Position numbers and translations under genes: made by a program. The notes beneath the pieces were generated by a model that did no database searches, had not been told where the DNA came from, and was given only the letters and a program-made list of their open reading frames with translations. Positions 11,288-20,799 of a DNA stretch of 64,000 nt are shown here, in pieces; within the stretch, counting starts at the first letter, position 1, and the number at the start of each line of letters is the position of its first letter. The stretch is from Gemmatimonadales bacterium (GTDB taxonomy: Bacteria > Gemmatimonadota > Gemmatimonadetes > Gemmatimonadales > GWC2-71-9): positions 10,596 to 74,595 of the forward strand of contig JBFJHJ010000010.1 of assembly GCA_041613315.1 (NCBI GenBank). The letters run 5' to 3'.

Positions 11288-12324
11288 TCGACGTCGTCCT
11301 CGGCATCGAAACCTCGTGTGACGAGACGTCGGCCGCGGTCCTCGTACGCGACCGTCGCGGGCCCGAGCTGGCGAGCCTCGTGATCCTGTCGCAGGATGTA
11401 CACGCGGTCTTCGGCGGCGTCGTGCCCGAGCTCGCCAGCCGCGCGCACCTCACCGCGCTGGGTCCCGTCGTCGACCGCGCCCTCGCGGAGGCGGGCGTGC
11501 CGTTTGCTGGGGTGGACGCGATTGCCGTCACCGCGGGTCCGGGGCTCGTGGGTGCGCTGCTCGTGGGCGTGTGCCACGCCAAAGCTCTCGCCGCGGCCGC
11601 CGGCAAGCGACTCATCGGCGTCCACCATCTCGAAGGGCACGTGTTCGCCCCGACGCTGGAGGACCCGGCGCTCGCTCCGCCCTTCGTCGCGCTCATCGTC
11701 TCGGGCGGCCATACGCTGTTGCTCGACGTGCCCGAGTGGGGACGCTACCGCGCACTCGGGGAAACGCGCGACGACGCGGCCGGCGAGGCGTTCGACAAGG
11801 TGGCCAGCATGCTGGAGCTGGGCTACCCTGGTGGACCCGCGATTGAACGCCTCGCGCGGGAGGGGACGCCCCGCTTTGATCTACCGCGCCCGATGCTGGG
11901 CCGCGGGTTCGACTTCTCGTTCAGCGGCCTCAAGACGGCCGTCCTCTACGCCGTGCGGAACTCCTCGAGCCTCGCTCGGGACCGCGCCGACCTCGCGGCG
12001 TCGTTTCAGCAGGCAGTGACCGACGTGCTCGTCGCGAAGACCCAGGCGGCCGTGGAGCAGACCGGCTATCGGACCGTCGTGCTGGGCGGCGGGGTCGCGT
12101 GCAACCGCCCGCTCGCCGAGCGGATGGCCGCCGCGCTCGCCGGCCAGGCGCACGTCGCCGTCGCACGGCCCCGGCTCAATGCGGACAATGCGGCGATGAT
12201 CGCGCGGGCGGGCTGGTTCCACCTCGAACGGGGGGAGACGAGCGACCAGTTCCTCGACGCCGATTCCCGCCTACCATGGCCCGGCCTCGAGCGCGGGCCC
12301 GCGCTCTCCCCATCGTCCGCGTGA
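11284..12324 (+). CDS. tsaD: tRNA t6A37 threonylcarbamoyltransferase TsaD
   Basis: In-frame VLGIETSCDETS upstream of the ORF-track start, plus GGVVPELASRAH, HHLEGH, SGGHT, DDAAGEAFDK, FSFSGLKTA, DNAAMIA. Start must be non-canonical (CTG11284 or ATC11287). Confidence 0.95.
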   Translation: MIDVVLGIETSCDETSAAVLVRDRRGPELASLVILSQDVHAVFGGVVPELASRAHLTALGPVVDRALAEAGVPFAGVDAIAVTAGPGLVGALLVGVCHAKALAAAAGKRLIGVHHLEGHVFAPTLEDPALAPPFVALIVSGGHTLLLDVPEWGRYRALGETRDDAAGEAFDKVASMLELGYPGGPAIERLAREGTPRFDLPRPMLGRGFDFSFSGLKTAVLYAVRNSSSLARDRADLAASFQQAVTDVLVAKTQAAVEQTGYRTVVLGGGVACNRPLAERMAAALAGQAHVAVARPRLNADNAAMIARAGWFHLERGETSDQFLDADSRLPWPGLERGPALSPSSA

Positions 12325-12328
12325 GCGC

Positions 12329-13174
12329 ATGACCGTCTATCCGCTCACCTTCCATCTGGGCCCGCTCGAGATCACGGGCTACGGCCTGATGGTGATGGTC
12401 GGCTTCCTCATGGGTGGCTGGGTCATGCAGCTCGAGCTCGGGCGCCGGGGGCTCCGCGAGGAGTACGCCGCCGACGTCATCGTGGCCGCGGTGGTGGGCG
12501 GCATCGTGGGCGCCAAGATCTACTACGCCCTCCTCTACGGCGACCTCCGCGCACTATTCTCACGGGGCGGCATGGTGTGGTACGGGGGTTTTCTCGGGGG
12601 CTTTCTCGCGGTCGTGGGCATGAGCCTGGTGCGTCGCGTGCCCGTACGGTTCACCATGGAGCTCACGGCACCGGGACTCGCCGTGGGGTACGCGCTGGGA
12701 CGGGTGGGGTGTTTCCTCGTCCAGGACGACTACGGCGTGCCCACGAGTCTTCCCTGGGGCATGCGCTTTCCAGAGGGGATGCCGCCGTCCACGGCCGCGT
12801 ATCTCAGCTCTCAATTCGGGGTGAGCCACCCCCCCGGCGTGAGCCCCTCCGAAGTGCTGGCGGTGCACCCGACCCAGCTGTATGAGGTGGCCATCATGCT
12901 CGCTGCCTTCGCGCTGATGTGGCGGCTGCGCGCGCACCGGCATGCGGTCGGCTGGCTGTTCGGGCTCTACCTCGTATGCGCCGGGCTCGAGCGGTTTCTG
13001 ATCGAGTTCCTCCGCGCCAAGGACGACCGCGTGTTCGGCGCGTTCACCATTGCGCAACTGGCGAGCCTCGCCGTCGCGAGCGTCGGCGCGGCGCTGCTGG
13101 CAACCTGGTGGACGAACACCGGGGCCCTCTCAGTGGATCTCGAACGCCTGCGGCCCCGGCGCGCCCCTCCCTAG
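12329..13174 (+). CDS. lgt: Prolipoprotein diacylglyceryl transferase
   Basis: GMVWYGG, GYALGRVGCF, LPWGMRFP, HPTQLYE, ERFLIEFLR. Confidence 0.93.
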   Translation: MTVYPLTFHLGPLEITGYGLMVMVGFLMGGWVMQLELGRRGLREEYAADVIVAAVVGGIVGAKIYYALLYGDLRALFSRGGMVWYGGFLGGFLAVVGMSLVRRVPVRFTMELTAPGLAVGYALGRVGCFLVQDDYGVPTSLPWGMRFPEGMPPSTAAYLSSQFGVSHPPGVSPSEVLAVHPTQLYEVAIMLAAFALMWRLRAHRHAVGWLFGLYLVCAGLERFLIEFLRAKDDRVFGAFTIAQLASLAVASVGAALLATWWTNTGALSVDLERLRPRRAPP

Positions 13175-13199
13175 CCACCCCGACCGCCGTGCGGCGCCG

Positions 13200-14033
13200 C
13201 TACCCGCCGGCGAGTGCCCGCCGCATCTCGCCGGCGCTCTGCCAGCGATCGTCCCGCTTGGTCGCCAATGCCCGTCCGATCGCCCCCACCAGCTCATCGG
13301 GCGCGTCGGCGCGCAGGGCCCGAAGGTCGGGGACGTTCCCTTCCAGGTGGAGCCGGAGCACGACGTCGTTGCGCGGCGCGGTGAACGGCGGCCGACCCGT
13401 GAGACACTCGAACAGCACACAGCCCAACGAGTAGAGGTCGCTCCGGTGGTCGATGTCGGGTGAACCTTCCGCCTGCTCCGGGCTCATGTAGGCCGACGTC
13501 CCCACCGCGAACCCCGAGCGGGTCAGCCGGTCGGTTCCCGCCTGCGCGATCGCCCGGGCAATGCCGAAATCCAACAGCACCGCCCCTTTCGGAGAGAGGA
13601 CGACGTTCTCCGGCTTCACGTCTCGATGCACAATCCCTTTCCCGTGCGCGAAGCTGAGCACCTCCAGAAGGTCATCGGCAATCCGTGCCGTGTCGCTGAG
13701 CGACACCCAGCGCACTCGCGCGACGTGCTCGCGGAGACTCGGCCCCTCGACGAACGGCATGACGTACCAGACTAACCACTCACTCTCTCCCCAATCGACC
13801 AGCTTCGGGATCCGCGGATGACTGATCTGGGCGAGGAAAGCGACTTCGCGCAGGAAGCGCTCTGACGTCACCGAAACGATGAGCTCGGGGTGGAGGACCT
13901 TCAGGGCTACCGGCTTACCGTCGGTGCCGTACGCGAGAAACACGCGCGCGGCTCCGCCGCGGGCAACCTCGCGATCGACCGTATAGCGCCCGGCCAGCGC
14001 CCGACGGACCAGCGGGAGCACCTCTCGGCTAAT
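13200..14033 (-). CDS. Hanks-type Ser/Thr protein kinase, kinase domain only
   Basis: ARGGAARVF, VALKVL, HRDVKPEN, LLDFGIAR, GTSAYMSPEQ, DLYSLG. Start uncertain (ATT14033 or GTG14021). Confidence 0.9.
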   Translation of the reverse strand: MSREVLPLVRRALAGRYTVDREVARGGAARVFLAYGTDGKPVALKVLHPELIVSVTSERFLREVAFLAQISHPRIPKLVDWGESEWLVWYVMPFVEGPSLREHVARVRWVSLSDTARIADDLLEVLSFAHGKGIVHRDVKPENVVLSPKGAVLLDFGIARAIAQAGTDRLTRSGFAVGTSAYMSPEQAEGSPDIDHRSDLYSLGCVLFECLTGRPPFTAPRNDVVLRLHLEGNVPDLRALRADAPDELVGAIGRALATKRDDRWQSAGEMRRALAGG

Positions 14034-14232
14034 GGCGACGCGCCTTGTTGGTCTGCGTGAACTTGGGGGGCTGGCGACGGCGCGGCAAGGCGACGCCCCG
14101 CCGCCGGACGTGTCCAAGCTGCGCTCTGCCAACGAGTTGACACCCGTGCGCCAGGAGATGTTCCCCAATTGGCCGCCGAGTCGTAGCCTAGGCCCCAGGC
14201 AGGACCAGGCGGGTTTCCTGCGATGCGCAACG

Positions 14233-14421
14233 ATGCTCGCGGTGGTGGGCTCGGTCCTTACCCTCCTCGCGTGCACCCGGTATTCGGGAATGACGGATCC
14301 GGTCTTGGCGTCGCCGAACGATCGCCGGACGGACATCCCGGTCGCGGTGCAGCCGCCGGCTGATGACGGAGGCGATGGTGGCGCCGGCGGACTCGGCGAT
14401 TCCGAGGGCCGCCGCAGGTGA
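14233..14421 (+). CDS. Possible small lipoprotein
   Basis: MLAVVGSVLTLLAC lipobox-like segment followed by a low-complexity D/G tail. Fills an otherwise empty gap. Start could be ATG14158. Confidence 0.35.
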   Translation: MLAVVGSVLTLLACTRYSGMTDPVLASPNDRRTDIPVAVQPPADDGGDGGAGGLGDSEGRRR

Positions 14422-14539
14422 CGAGAAAACGCGAACGGAAGCCGGAGGCACTCACCTTTCCTCGCTCCACGAGGACGCCCCGGCCGGGGGCGCGGGGCCG
14501 GAGGGACCCCCGCCCCCACCGTTCGTCACCCGTGCCGAC

Positions 14540-16684
14540 TCAGACCAGCCGGGCCTGGAGTGCGGCGATCTGCGTTCGGAGCGCCTGATCGCCGTCCCCG
14601 GCGGCCCGCACCGCGGCGAAGAGCGCCCGACGCGCCGTCCGGATCGAACCGGCGTCCAACGCATATTCCGCCACGCTCACGGCCTCCCGGCATGCCGCCG
14701 GTCCGGGATCGACCTTCGCCAATAGCTCCGCCCGCAACACCCGCGACTCCAGATCGTCGCGGCCCGCCAGCACCTCGGCGGCACGACGCCGGAGCCGTTG
14801 GCGCTGGCCGGGCGGCATGCACTCCTGACGCACAACTTGGGCAATCAGCGCGGCCGTGAATGCATAGCGCGTCCCGTCGTAGGTCACGAAGCGGCGCTGC
14901 TCGAGTCGGTCGAGGTGCGCCTCGACCTGTTCGACCGGCAGTTCGGTCAGGGCGGCGATCAACCCAAGATCCAGCGCCGTCCCGCCGGTGCTGGCGGCCC
15001 GCAGGACCCGCAGCTCGGGCTCGTCCAGCTCCCCGACGCGCGCGACGATGGCGAGCCGGGCCAGCTCCGGCACCGAAAACGGAAGCGGGCTCTCCAGCGT
15101 GGCCGCGCGGCTCGGCCACGTGAGCAGGTCGTCCTTGAGCGTCGAGGTCCGATCGAGGCCGCGCAGCAGGGTCACGGCGAGGAACGGATTGCCGCCGGTC
15201 TCATGGTTCAGCCGCCGGGCGAGCCGGTCCCGATCGTCCGGCCGCCGACACCAGTTGGCGTACCGATCTACCAGCTCGCGAAGCTCCTCGAGGGAGAACG
15301 GGTGGAGCTGCACGCCGCCCCCGGGGAGACCCCGACCCACCTCGCGCCGGAGATCCAGCAGTTCCCGTGGCTGGTTCTCCGCGGTCGGATCGATGGCCAG
15401 CAGGAGGACCACGCGCGCGGATCGGAGACGGCGAATCGCGGCACCGATGGCCCCGATGGTGGCTCCGTCCGCGTAGTGCGCCTCGTCGAGCACGACCCCC
15501 ACCGGCTGCTCATCCGCGATCGCCGCCAGGAGCGACTCGAGCGCGGCCGCCACCTCGGTGTGATCACGGGGCTCGCGCGGCGTCACGCGCTCCGCCAGCA
15601 CGGGATCCAGGGCGGCGAGTACGCCGAGCGCCTGCGGATCGGCAGCCTGCGCGCCGGGTGCCGACGCGAGTCCCGACCGCGCCAGGAGCCGGAGCGTGCT
15701 CCAGGGGGCGTCGTGATCGCTCGCGAGGGGACGCGCCACCGCCAGCACCGCGCCGGCCAGCGCCAACCGCTCCGCGCACTCGTCGAGCAAGCGGGTCTTG
15801 CCCATGCCGGGCTCGCCGGTCACCGCAATGCACTGCGCCCCACTCGTCAGCCCGCTCTCCACGAGCGCGAACGCCGCGCTGTGCGCCCGCGGCCGGCCCA
15901 TCAGGGGCGGCTCGCGCTCGACGTCTTCGGGCGCCGTTCGCTGCCACCGCCCGGTGCGCACGCGTTCTGCCAGCGCCCGCAGCTCACGGCCGGGCTGTTC
16001 GCCGATTTCCGCGTCAAGCCGTTGGGTGAACGCGTGGAATGCCGCGAGTGCACCGGCGGCGTCGCCCATGAGCGCTCCGGCTCGCATCAGCAGATGCGTC
16101 GCCGGCTCCCACACGGGGCTCAGGTCCAGCGCGCGCCGCGCCAGCTCCGCGGCGTCTGTGCAGCGGCTCTCCGCCAGCGCCGCTTCGCCCTCGCGGAGGA
16201 GCAGCGCGACCGCCGCGCCCCGGTAGCGCGCCCGCTGGGCGGCCGCCCAGTCCTCGAACTCGGGCGCGTCGGCGACGGTGAAGCCCTCGAGGAACGCCCC
16301 CCGCAGGACCGCCAGGGCGGCGGCGGGGTCCTTCTCGCGGACCGCGTCGAAATGCAGCGCATCCACGTCGAGACCCTCGCCGTTCAGCCGCAGGCTGTCT
16401 CCCTCGGAGATTAGGCGGTCGGCACCCAGGCTCGCCCGCAGCCGGCGGATGGCTTCGTTGAGCGAGTGTCGCGCCTTGGTCTCCTGCTTTTCCGGCCAGA
16501 GCAGCCCCAGCAGGTGGTCACGTGATCGGGCGCGGCTGGGGGACAGGGCGAGATGGAAGAGCAGCGCGAGGTGCTTGCGCCACAGGACGTCCGCTGGCGG
16601 CTCGCCGCCCGCCACGCGCACGGTAGGGGGCCCGAAGCAACACAGCTCGAGGGCCGGCATCGCGCCGGCGGCGATACCGCTCAT
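14540..16684 (-). CDS. SARP/BTAD-domain transcriptional activator with AAA ATPase domain
   Basis: N-terminal wHTH (SRDHLLGLLWPE...ARHSL), BTAD (FLEGF...EFEDWA), Walker A GEPGMGKT, TGGNPF. Confidence 0.9.
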   Translation of the reverse strand: MSGIAAGAMPALELCCFGPPTVRVAGGEPPADVLWRKHLALLFHLALSPSRARSRDHLLGLLWPEKQETKARHSLNEAIRRLRASLGADRLISEGDSLRLNGEGLDVDALHFDAVREKDPAAALAVLRGAFLEGFTVADAPEFEDWAAAQRARYRGAAVALLLREGEAALAESRCTDAAELARRALDLSPVWEPATHLLMRAGALMGDAAGALAAFHAFTQRLDAEIGEQPGRELRALAERVRTGRWQRTAPEDVEREPPLMGRPRAHSAAFALVESGLTSGAQCIAVTGEPGMGKTRLLDECAERLALAGAVLAVARPLASDHDAPWSTLRLLARSGLASAPGAQAADPQALGVLAALDPVLAERVTPREPRDHTEVAAALESLLAAIADEQPVGVVLDEAHYADGATIGAIGAAIRRLRSARVVLLLAIDPTAENQPRELLDLRREVGRGLPGGGVQLHPFSLEELRELVDRYANWCRRPDDRDRLARRLNHETGGNPFLAVTLLRGLDRTSTLKDDLLTWPSRAATLESPLPFSVPELARLAIVARVGELDEPELRVLRAASTGGTALDLGLIAALTELPVEQVEAHLDRLEQRRFVTYDGTRYAFTAALIAQVVRQECMPPGQRQRLRRRAAEVLAGRDDLESRVLRAELLAKVDPGPAACREAVSVAEYALDAGSIRTARRALFAAVRAAGDGDQALRTQIAALQARLV

Positions 16685-16837
16685 GAGAACCGCTCAGTTG
16701 GCGGGCGGCGCCCCACGCCCAGGAATCGATGTTGCATGATGCAAGGTGTGAGAGGGAGCAGTGAGCTATTATGGGGCGAATCGCCGCGCGAGGCCAGCGG
16801 ACGTCCTCGCCCGAGGCGGCCGGGAGGGCCAGGGCGC

Positions 16838-18853
16838 CTACCCCGAGGCGGTCCGCCGCGCGACGCGCGGCTGCCACCAGAACAGCCACACGATCGCCAT
16901 CAGACACGCCGCCGCCAGCACGAGTTGGACCGCGAGTGTCTGCATCGTGGGGAAGATGCCGAGCATGGGGACGTCGGGCAGCCACGAGAGCGGCGTGGTC
17001 GAGATGAGCCCCGCTTCCTGAAGCTCCGCGACGCCCTGACCCGCGAAGCTGAACGCCATTACGTAGAGGAGCGTGCTGGTCACGGTAAAGAAGGGTCGCA
17101 ACGGAAGCCGTACGCCGTACCGCGAGATCCCCAGGTAGATCGCCACGAGCATAGCGGCCCCCAGGACGATCCCGGCCACCACCCCGGTCGTGGCCCCAGC
17201 CGCACCGCCGGCGGTGCTGAAGAGCGCCCCGTAGAACAACACCGTTTCGAAGCCCTCGCGATACACGGCGAGGAACGCCACGGCGGCGAGCGCCAGGCTC
17301 CGGCGGGTCGCCAACGCTCGCTGCATCTGGCCGCGCACGAAATCCTGCCACTTGCGTGCTTCGATCTTCGAGATCAACCAATACGAGACCCAGAACAGCA
17401 CGAACGCGGCCGCCAGCATCGTGAGCCCCTCGAGCAGCTCCTGGTGCGCCGCGGCGCGCCGGAAGAGCGTGGCCAACGCGGCCGCGGTGACGCCGCTCGC
17501 GGCGAGCGCGGCGAGGACGCCAACCCCGATGTCGCGCTTGCGCTCCGAGACGCCCGCCTTCGTCAGGAAGGCGACGAGCGCCCCGATGATCAGGATCGCT
17601 TCGACCCCCTCGCGGACCATGATCACCAACGATTGTCCGAAGAGCGACGCGGGCGACCGGCCGGCGGCGAGGCTGGCAGCGGCGGCGTCCAGCGCCGCCG
17701 CGACCTCCCCGCGCGTCTGGCCCACCTGCGCGGGGTCCCCCGTCGCGACGGCCATCCGGAAGTCGGCGAACGCGCGCTCCACGCGAGCGGCAGCCCGAGG
17801 ATCGCGCGCCCGCGTGGTGCGCTCGATCCCCTCGAACACGAGGTAGGCATCGAGCGCGCGTCGCGCCGCAGCCTCCCCGTCGCCGCTCGCCGCCATCCGT
17901 ACGGCCTCGTCGGCCAGCATCTCGCTCCGGGCTACGGTTCGAGCGCCCTCGAGCGACCGGTCCGCACCCAGTTCTTCCACCGCCCCCGCCGCGCGGGCGT
18001 ACGCCACGAGATCGCTGCGGTCGGCGGGCGCGATGGCCGGCGCCGCCGTGGCCGCCAACAGCGAGTCGAGTTGCGTGTCGCTCAACGCGGCGGTCGCGTC
18101 GAAGCCACTGACCAGAACGACGCACCCGGCGCACCGCACGCGCAACCGTTCCCGGCCGCGGTCGCGCGCCTCCGCGGAGTGGCGGAGCGTCGCGGCGTAC
18201 AGCGCCAGCGCCCAACGCTCGTCGAGCGACAACTGGTCGCCGAACGCCGGCATCGCGGTACCGGCCACGCCGACGTTGATCTTGCGGAAGAACTCGAGCG
18301 GGCTGGTCGCGCGGAGTGTCGAGTCGGTGAGATCCGGCGGGGGCGGCTCCAGTCTCGCCGCCAGCGGCCCGTCGCCGCGGCCACCGTCGCCATGGCATTG
18401 GGCGCAGGCGCGAGCGTAGAGCTCGGCGCCGCGCGCCAGCGACGGCGCAGTCCGTGGCAGCGGATCGAGCGGGGCGCCGACGGCGCGGCCCAGCACCTCG
18501 CGAAGCTCGCCCAAGGCGGTCTCGACCGCGACGAGCGGCGCGAGCTCGGCGACCTGCGCAATCATCCGGTCGAGGAGCGGAAGCACGCTCCCGCGCGCGG
18601 TCGGCCCGAGCCCATCGGCACTCCGCCGCGCTTCGGCCAGGAAGAGTCGTGCTTCCTCCAACTCAGCGGGTTGCACGACCCGGCCGTGCTGGACCCCGGC
18701 CCCATACTCGGCGACCGCGATGGCCGTGACGTCGGCGATCCGGCGCGCCGTCGCCACGTCATCGTGCTGGCCCCACAGGGCGACCGGTGTGGCCAACGCG
18801 AGCGCCAGCAGCGCAGCAAGGACGAGCCGAGGTCCGGCAGGGTTGATAATCAT
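16838..18853 (-). CDS. Cytochrome c / FTR1-family iron permease fusion (PbrT/EfeU-like)
   Basis: Signal peptide, heme motif CAQCH...AMPAF, two REGxE motifs (REGVE, REGFE) in a multi-TM C-terminus. Fur box over the start codon. Confidence 0.92.
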   Translation of the reverse strand: MIINPAGPRLVLAALLALALATPVALWGQHDDVATARRIADVTAIAVAEYGAGVQHGRVVQPAELEEARLFLAEARRSADGLGPTARGSVLPLLDRMIAQVAELAPLVAVETALGELREVLGRAVGAPLDPLPRTAPSLARGAELYARACAQCHGDGGRGDGPLAARLEPPPPDLTDSTLRATSPLEFFRKINVGVAGTAMPAFGDQLSLDERWALALYAATLRHSAEARDRGRERLRVRCAGCVVLVSGFDATAALSDTQLDSLLAATAAPAIAPADRSDLVAYARAAGAVEELGADRSLEGARTVARSEMLADEAVRMAASGDGEAAARRALDAYLVFEGIERTTRARDPRAAARVERAFADFRMAVATGDPAQVGQTRGEVAAALDAAAASLAAGRSPASLFGQSLVIMVREGVEAILIIGALVAFLTKAGVSERKRDIGVGVLAALAASGVTAAALATLFRRAAAHQELLEGLTMLAAAFVLFWVSYWLISKIEARKWQDFVRGQMQRALATRRSLALAAVAFLAVYREGFETVLFYGALFSTAGGAAGATTGVVAGIVLGAAMLVAIYLGISRYGVRLPLRPFFTVTSTLLYVMAFSFAGQGVAELQEAGLISTTPLSWLPDVPMLGIFPTMQTLAVQLVLAAACLMAIVWLFWWQPRVARRTASG

Positions 18854-18859
18854 TCTCAA
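18843..18859. promoter_or_regulatory. Fur box
   Basis: TTGATAAT-C-ATTCTCAA, a near-perfect 8-1-8 inverted repeat matching the tGATAATnATTATCa Fur consensus. AT-rich in a GC-rich background and overlaps the iron permease start codon. Confidence 0.85.
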
Positions 18860-18909
18860 GTGGTTTTGTGCGCGCGGAATCTACGCCGAAAGCGGAACGG
18901 GACGCAACG

Positions 18910-19326
18910 TCACCTGGCGTGATGCGTGGGGTGACTCGATGACGAGCGGAACAAGACCACCACGGCGGCCGCCTGGCTCGCCGTGTGGGTCAGGGAGACG
19001 AGGAAGCTGGTGACCCCAAGGCGGGACGCGGTGGTCCGTGCGCGCCCGTGCAGCACGAGGGTCGGGCGTCCGTCCGCCTGGCGCACGACCTCCACGTCGC
19101 GCCAGCCGATGACCCCCATGTCCGTGCCGTCGGCCAAGGCCTTGTAGGCGGCCTCCTTCGCCGCGAGCCGCACCGCCACGTGGCGCGCCGGGACGGCCTG
19201 CGCATGGCAGTAGTCGCGCTCCTGAGCGGTGAGTAATCGGTGCCACGCGCGCTCGCCCTTGCGTTCCAGCAACCGCACGACCCGCCGCACCTCCACCAAA
19301 TCGATACCGATCGCGACGGGCGTCAC
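18910..19326 (-). CDS. acpS: Holo-[acyl-carrier-protein] synthase
   Basis: IGIDLVEV.R, RLAAKEAAYKAL, GRPTL, VSLTH. GTG19326 overlaps the upstream stop. Confidence 0.93.
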   Translation of the reverse strand: MTPVAIGIDLVEVRRVVRLLERKGERAWHRLLTAQERDYCHAQAVPARHVAVRLAAKEAAYKALADGTDMGVIGWRDVEVVRQADGRPTLVLHGRARTTASRLGVTSFLVSLTHTASQAAAVVVLFRSSSSHPTHHAR

Positions 19327-20066
19327 GGGCCGAACGCCGCCTGCCACCAGTCAGCGAGCCACGGCGGGGGCGCGAGGTAGCCACCCATCACCAGCCCGAG
19401 CGATGCGGCGCCGGCGAGCAGGAGCACCCCCACCACGACCACGGGCCACAACGGCTTGCGCCACGCGGCGACCTGGTCGGCGACCCGCTCCCAATACGCC
19501 GCCTCTCGGGCGACCGCCTCCTCCAGCGCGAGCCACGACGCCTCGAGTCGCTGAGCGGCGACCTTGAGCGCGTCCTGCCAGTCCTCCAGCGCGGCTCGGT
19601 CGAAGCCCGTGGCAGCGCGCGCCGGGCCGGTCGCTCGCTCCAACGCGTCCAGCGCGGAGACGAGCGGCGCGCCGGCAGCGCCCAACCGACCGGTGAGCGC
19701 GCGGCGCTCCGCCGCATCGAGGGCGAGGCGGCGACGGCGACGGCGGGGCACGCGCACCGCGCGCGCCTCGGCCTCGATCCGGCGGTCCACGCGCAGCGCC
19801 AGCCGTTCGGCGATCGTGGTCACCGCCTCGTCCCACGCCACGAGCCAGGCGACGCGGCCCACGGCTGCGAGAGCGGCGTCCCGTTCATCCCGTGCCGCCA
19901 GCCGGCGCGCCGCGCCCGCGCTCTCGAAGACCCGGGTCACCAGGCCGAGACGTACCGCCTCCAGTGAGAGGCCACCCGGCGCGCGACCGGTGCCGGCGAC
20001 CAGCTTGCCGAGGTAGGGACCCATCTCGGGAATGCGGACTGGGAGCAGGACGGTCGGACTGCTCAT
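19323..20066 (-). CDS. Hypothetical all-helical protein with C-terminal TM helix
   Basis: ATG20066 overlaps the HAD gene stop and its stop overlaps the acpS start. C-terminal WPVVVVGVLLLAGAASLGLVMGGY. Confidence 0.75.
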   Translation of the reverse strand: MSSPTVLLPVRIPEMGPYLGKLVAGTGRAPGGLSLEAVRLGLVTRVFESAGAARRLAARDERDAALAAVGRVAWLVAWDEAVTTIAERLALRVDRRIEAEARAVRVPRRRRRRLALDAAERRALTGRLGAAGAPLVSALDALERATGPARAATGFDRAALEDWQDALKVAAQRLEASWLALEEAVAREAAYWERVADQVAAWRKPLWPVVVVGVLLLAGAASLGLVMGGYLAPPPWLADWWQAAFGP

Positions 20067-20758
20067 GCCACCAGCACGGCGAGCGCAGCCGCCCAATCGG
20101 CGAAGCTCTCGAACGCCGTGGCCGCGCCGGCCGCCTCGAGCTCCGTCACGGAGAACGCCCCGGTCGCCACGCCGATGGCTCGGGCGCCCACCTCGCGTCC
20201 GCACGTCATGTCGGCGGGCGTGTCGCCGACGATCACGATCTCCCGGCCAGTGGGCGTGCGTCCCATCAGCGGCGCGGCGCGCTCGGCCGCGATCGCCGGC
20301 AGCCGCGACCGCTCCGCCGCGTCCGAGCCGTAGGCACCGACCCGAAACCGGTCCGGATCGATGCCCGCCGCTCGGAGCTTGAGGCGCGCTCCCTCGATGA
20401 TGTTGCCGGTCAGGAGTCCGACGAGGGCATCCTCCCGGGCCTCCAACGCATCGAGGAGCGCGAGCACGCCCGGGAAGATCTCCATGCGCCGCGTCCCCCG
20501 GCGGAGCTCCGCCTCGAGCAGCGCGGCGTACCGGCGACAGACTGTTTCCACGTGGTCATGGCTGGATGCGGCGGGGTGCCGCTCCAGCCTCAGCAGTTCT
20601 TGAATGATCTGCGGATCGGTCTTGCCGTCGAAGCGGAACCCGTCGATCGGCCCCGCGGTGCCCAATTCGGCCACGAGCGCTGCACGGATTGCGACCCGCC
20701 CGGCGCCGTCGGACCAGAGCAGCGTCCCGTCGATATCGAAAAGAATGAGCCGGCGCAT
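20063..20758 (-). CDS. HAD-superfamily hydrolase
   Basis: LFDIDGTLL, GKTD, LLTGN, VGDTPAD, IGVATG. Start may lie up to 20803. Confidence 0.92.
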   Translation of the reverse strand: MRRLILFDIDGTLLWSDGAGRVAIRAALVAELGTAGPIDGFRFDGKTDPQIIQELLRLERHPAASSHDHVETVCRRYAALLEAELRRGTRRMEIFPGVLALLDALEAREDALVGLLTGNIIEGARLKLRAAGIDPDRFRVGAYGSDAAERSRLPAIAAERAAPLMGRTPTGREIVIVGDTPADMTCGREVGARAIGVATGAFSVTELEAAGAATAFESFADWAAALAVLVA

Positions 20759-20799
20759 GGTCGAAACATACTCACGGGAGTCGGGGCGGGAGTGGCGGC

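Noticed and set aside
14137..14170. Perfect TTGACA as a promoter for the small 14233 ORF
   Set aside because: No acceptable -10 hexamer at 16-18 bp spacing.
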